This document shows, one piece after another, positions 27,873-31,397 of a stretch of DNA of 31,397 nt. The translations under genes and the position numbers were made by a program. Below the pieces are notes generated by a model, which was not told where the DNA came from, did no database searches, and saw only the letters and a list, made by a program, of their open reading frames with translations. Source of the DNA: a virus (lineage: Duplodnaviria > Caudoviricetes); the IMG/VR virus record IMGVR_UViG_3300020398_000011, positions 1-31,397 of that record, one strand, 5' to 3'. Positions within the stretch are counted from its first letter, which is position 1, and every line of letters starts with the position of its first letter.

Positions 27873-29624
27873 ATGCCCGTTGAATTATTTGGTTTTACTA
27901 TAGGTAGAACTAACCAACCAAAAAAATCCTTACAATCCTTTGCTAAACCTGAATATGAGGATGGAGCTTTACCAGTAAGTTCTGGTGGTGTTTACGGAAC
28001 ATATGTAGATACTGACGCTACAATTAAAACAGAATTTGAACTGGTAAATAGATACCGTGATATGGCATTACAGGCAGAATGTGAAGCTGCCATTGATGAT
28101 ATTGTAAATGAAGCTATAGTCACATCACATGAAGTCCCTCCAGCAAGAATTAACATTGATAACGTAAACATATCTGATAATATAAAAGAAAAAATTCGAA
28201 CAGAATTTTCTGAAATAATTCGACTTTTGGATTTCAATAAAAAAGGTGTTGATATCTTCAAACGATGGTATATTGATGGAAGATGTTATTATCATGTGGT
28301 GATTGATGAAAAGCAACCTAAGAGAGGTATACAGGAATTAAGAGTTTTAGACCCAAGAAAAATAAAAAAGGTTAGAGAATCAAAGAAAAAGGAAGGAAAC
28401 ACTGCAACTATTCCTTATCCTAGTCAACAATCTGAAACAAGAGAATTTTTTGTTTACAATGAAAAAGGGTTATATAGAGGGCAAGGCGGAGCATCATATC
28501 AAACTTCTTTTGGACAGGCCGCAGCAGGAATCCGTATAGCACCAGATGCTATAATATATAATCATTCTGGTTTGTTAAACAGTTCTCGTAGTATGATTCT
28601 GTCATATCTTCATAAAGCAATCAAACCTTTAAATCAATTAAGAATGTTAGAAGATGCTATGGTTATCTATAGGATTGCCAGGGCCCCTGAGAGAAGAATA
28701 TTTTATATTGATGTTGGCAATCTTCCCAAGTTGAAAGCAGAACAATATTTAAGAGATTTAATGACAAAGTATCGTAACAAATTAGTCTACGATTCAAATA
28801 CAGGTGAAATTAGAGATGATAGAAAACATATGTCAATGCTTGAGGATTATTGGCTCCCAAGACGAGAAGGTGGAAGAGGAACAGAAATTACTACTTTGCC
28901 TGGAGGACAAAATCTTGGAGATATTGAAGATATACTGTATTTTCAGAAAAAATTATACAAATCATTAAGTGTTCCTATTTCAAGATTAGAGTCCGAAGCA
29001 AATTATACGATTGGCAGAGCAACAGAAATATCTAGAGATGAAGTAAAATTTACACGGTTTGTGAATAAACTTCAAACCCAATTTTCTGGTTTATTTAATG
29101 ACTGTTTAGAAAGACAATTGACATTGAAAGGTATTCTTTCACTTGAAGATTGGAAAATGATTAAAACAGATATATTTTATGTTTATGAAAATGATAGTCA
29201 TTTTGCAGAAATGAAAAATGCTGAACTAATGCAAGATAGAATGAATCTTCTTAGAGATTTGTCTGATTATGCTGGTAAATATTATTCTCATGATTTTATA
29301 CGTAAATATATTCTTCGACAAACAGATGACCAGATACGTGAAATTGATGATGCAATATCATCTGAACTTGAAGATCCTAGATATAATAGAGATGAAGAAG
29401 GGGCTAGTGGAGGAGCACCGATGTATAATGAAGTCCAGCCAAATGATAATAAAAAAATGATATTAGAAGATATTGATAAAAAATTAGAAGTAAAATTTGA
29501 AAATGCTAAAAAAGAAAAAGAATTGAAAGATACTGTTTCAGATGTTTTTAATTCTATTCTTGAAGATGATGAAGAAGATTTAAAAGATACACTTAATGAA
29601 GTATTTAATTCGGTACGAAAATAA
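27873..29624 (+). CDS. gp20: Portal vertex protein gp20
   Basis: Motifs LFGF, YRDMA, WYIDGR, SYLHKAIKPLNQLRMLEDAMVIYRIARAPERRIFYIDVGNLPK and EDYWLPRREGGRGTEITTLPGGQNLG. Confidence 0.97.
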   Translation: MPVELFGFTIGRTNQPKKSLQSFAKPEYEDGALPVSSGGVYGTYVDTDATIKTEFELVNRYRDMALQAECEAAIDDIVNEAIVTSHEVPPARINIDNVNISDNIKEKIRTEFSEIIRLLDFNKKGVDIFKRWYIDGRCYYHVVIDEKQPKRGIQELRVLDPRKIKKVRESKKKEGNTATIPYPSQQSETREFFVYNEKGLYRGQGGASYQTSFGQAAAGIRIAPDAIIYNHSGLLNSSRSMILSYLHKAIKPLNQLRMLEDAMVIYRIARAPERRIFYIDVGNLPKLKAEQYLRDLMTKYRNKLVYDSNTGEIRDDRKHMSMLEDYWLPRREGGRGTEITTLPGGQNLGDIEDILYFQKKLYKSLSVPISRLESEANYTIGRATEISRDEVKFTRFVNKLQTQFSGLFNDCLERQLTLKGILSLEDWKMIKTDIFYVYENDSHFAEMKNAELMQDRMNLLRDLSDYAGKYYSHDFIRKYILRQTDDQIREIDDAISSELEDPRYNRDEEGASGGAPMYNEVQPNDNKKMILEDIDKKLEVKFENAKKEKELKDTVSDVFNSILEDDEEDLKDTLNEVFNSVRK

Positions 29625-29627
29625 TAA

Positions 29628-31397
29628 ATGAGTAATGACAACGAAAATGTAAAAGACAATTTAGGTTCTTCCGGAAGACTAGAACTTCAAAAAGTCCTAG
29701 CGGCATCTCTTGCCTATACCCAAAAAGAATTTCGTAGAGCAAAACGAGATTTAATTGAAGAATTTAAAGAGATTCTTGACCCTAATACAGGCGAAAGAAT
29801 TCAAGTTCTTGAGATTAAAGGAACAAGAGGACCTAAGGGACCTCCTGGTGAACTTGGTGAAACAGGCCCTCAAGGTTCAAGAGGTGAAAGAGGACCTGCA
29901 GGATATGATGGAAAAATGGGCGTTCAAGGGCTCATGGGTCCTCAAGGTGAACAAGGATACCCTGGAGAGAAGGGGGTTCAAGGGGAAAAAGGGGAAAGAG
30001 GCGATGAAGCAAATATTGCTCCTCTTGAAGATGATATTAAACGAATCAAAGATACTATTAAGGCTGTGGGGTCTCAGTCTGCCAGTACCGCACAAAAAGT
30101 AAATGCAATTGGTTGGGGAGAATATCAAGGTGGTGGAGGTGGAGGTAAAGAATCTTTTGGTCAAAATTTAGGTGCAGGAGAAGGTACTGGACAAATTTTT
30201 AATCAAATGCGTCAAGATGGAGAAACTGCATTTATGCAGTTTCGTTCACTTGTAGCCACAACTGTTTTTTCTGTTACACAAACAAATTCTCAAGTACAAA
30301 TTGGTTTTAATACTGATATTATTGATGTAGATGAAAATAATAATGTCATAATTAAAAATAGTTTGCGTGTTGATAGTACACAAAGTTTATTAATTGGGTC
30401 TGGAACACAAAATGCAGTATTAGGTTTTGCATCAACTACTGGTAATGATTTTACAATACGTGATTCATCGAATACTGCAATATTTTCCATATTGGAACCA
30501 AAAGAGATTATTAGTACATCTCTAGGTAATGAAGGAGAAGTTTTACGTGTAACTTCAAGTGGCAATCATTTAGAATTTGGTCAAGCCGCAACTCCTCTTA
30601 CTATTAATGAATCTGGTGGTAACCAAAATTCAGTTTCAAATGTTGTGACAATGAAAGTATCATCTAGTGATGGTCTTTCTTTACAAGAAATAGGTGGAAC
30701 AATTACGTCATTGTCACAGAGTGGTGGAACTGCAACTGCGACAACATCTGCCAGTCATGAATTATCAACTGGTTTAGATGATGTTGTTATTAGTGGTGCA
30801 ACCCCTTCTGCATATAATGGAAGAAAAAATAATGTTACTGTAGTAGATTCAACTACTTTTACATTTGATATTGATTCAAGCACTACTTCTTCTGCCTCAG
30901 GAACTATAACTTATACAGTAGATGGTAAAATTCTCTTAAAATCTATTGTTTTAACATCAGGTTCTTCTGGTTCAACAGGTAGCGCAGGGTCAGCAGGTAG
31001 TTCAGGAACAACAGGTAGTTCAGGGTCAGCAGGTAGTTCAGGAACAACAGGTAGTTCAGGGTCAGCAGGAAGTTCAGGAGCATCAGGAGACAGGTATAGT
31101 ACAACTTCTGCAACATCATTAACTCTTAGTGTTGCTTCTAAAAGTTTAATAGTTGACGAAGGACTTGCGTATTCTATAGCACAAGGTGTTATTATTGTAC
31201 ATAATGTTTTGACTACTATGGAAGGTGCTGTTACCTCTTATAATTCGGGTACCGGAGCGTTAGTAGTAGATGTTACGAGTTATATAGGTTCTGGTGGGCC
31301 ATACAATACTTGGGCTATAAATTTATCAGGCGCATCTGGTGGAGATGGAACATCAGGTGTTGATGGTTCATCTGGTAGTACAGGTTCATCTGGTAGT
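29628..31397 (+). CDS. Collagen-like fibre protein, 3'-truncated by the window (at least 590 aa); absent from the ORF track
   Basis: Translated by hand from ATG 29628 ([13 protein letters not shown]...) with no stop before 31397; contains three Gly-X-Y tracts. Confidence 0.88.
   Translation, partial: MSNDNENVKDNLGSSGRLELQKVLAASLAYTQKEFRRAKRDLIEEFKEILDPNTGERIQVLEIKGTRGPKGPPGELGETGPQGSRGERGPAGYDGKMGVQGLMGPQGEQGYPGEKGVQGEKGERGDEANIAPLEDDIKRIKDTIKAVGSQSASTAQKVNAIGWGEYQGGGGGGKESFGQNLGAGEGTGQIFNQMRQDGETAFMQFRSLVATTVFSVTQTNSQVQIGFNTDIIDVDENNNVIIKNSLRVDSTQSLLIGSGTQNAVLGFASTTGNDFTIRDSSNTAIFSILEPKEIISTSLGNEGEVLRVTSSGNHLEFGQAATPLTINESGGNQNSVSNVVTMKVSSSDGLSLQEIGGTITSLSQSGGTATATTSASHELSTGLDDVVISGATPSAYNGRKNNVTVVDSTTFTFDIDSSTTSSASGTITYTVDGKILLKSIVLTSGSSGSTGSAGSAGSSGTTGSSGSAGSSGTTGSSGSAGSSGASGDRYSTTSATSLTLSVASKSLIVDEGLAYSIAQGVIIVHNVLTTMEGAVTSYNSGTGALVVDVTSYIGSGGPYNTWAINLSGASGGDGTSGVDGSSGSTGSSGS
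29820..30008 (+). repeat. Collagen Gly-X-Y tract, 21 triplets ([12 protein letters not shown] ... GER GDE)
   Basis: Uninterrupted GGN codon every 9 nt, in frame with ATG 29628. Confidence 0.9.
30960..31094 (+). repeat. Ser/Thr-rich Gly-X-Y tract (15 triplets) containing a 36-bp tandem repeat
   Basis: cagggtcagcaggtagttcaggaacaacaggtagtt is exact at 30985-31020 and 31021-31056, partial at 31057-31079. Confidence 0.9.

Noticed and set aside
29269-30565. Track ORFs 29269-29460, 29288-29659, 29755-30102, 29877-30164 and 30290-30565
   Set aside because: Alternative-frame or antisense readings of the portal tail and of the collagen gene starting at 29628.
4690-30915. Repeated domains as diversity-generating retroelement template/variable repeats
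   Set aside because: Similarity is at the protein level with diverged DNA, not adenine-specific, and no reverse transcriptase is present in the window.
30985-31079. 36-bp repeat as a CRISPR array
   Set aside because: Units are directly adjacent with no spacers and encode in-frame Gly-X-Y.

Overview
This window is one continuous, AT-rich late (virion) module of a large T4-like myophage with the cyanophage/pelagiphage-type gene order. In order: two small Gly/Pro-rich ORFs, gp25, gp6, gp7, gp8, a 2282-aa VrlC/DUF4815-type protein, a small coiled-coil ORF, a fibre, gp13, gp14, an inverted Ig-like gene, gp15, gp16, an inserted 402-aa putative PD-(D/E)XK nuclease, gp17, an inverted His-Cys/HNH gene, gp18, gp19 and gp20. 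A collagen-like fibre ORF (29628 to beyond the window end) follows and is missing from the ORF track. I saw no rRNA, tRNA, CRISPR array, intron or intein. Main points of interest: (1) four genes have a T4 late-promoter box exactly 5 nt before the ATG and no Shine-Dalgarno, suggesting leaderless late mRNAs, and one of these boxes is half of a palindromic bidirectional promoter. (2) A hairpin upstream of the portal gene pairs with its RBS and carries a late-promoter box in its 5' arm. (3) The large terminase is flanked by two nuclease-fold genes, one with both catalytic residues substituted. (4) A few short protein modules recur across many unrelated virion proteins. All product calls come from recalled motifs and synteny; no database search was run.
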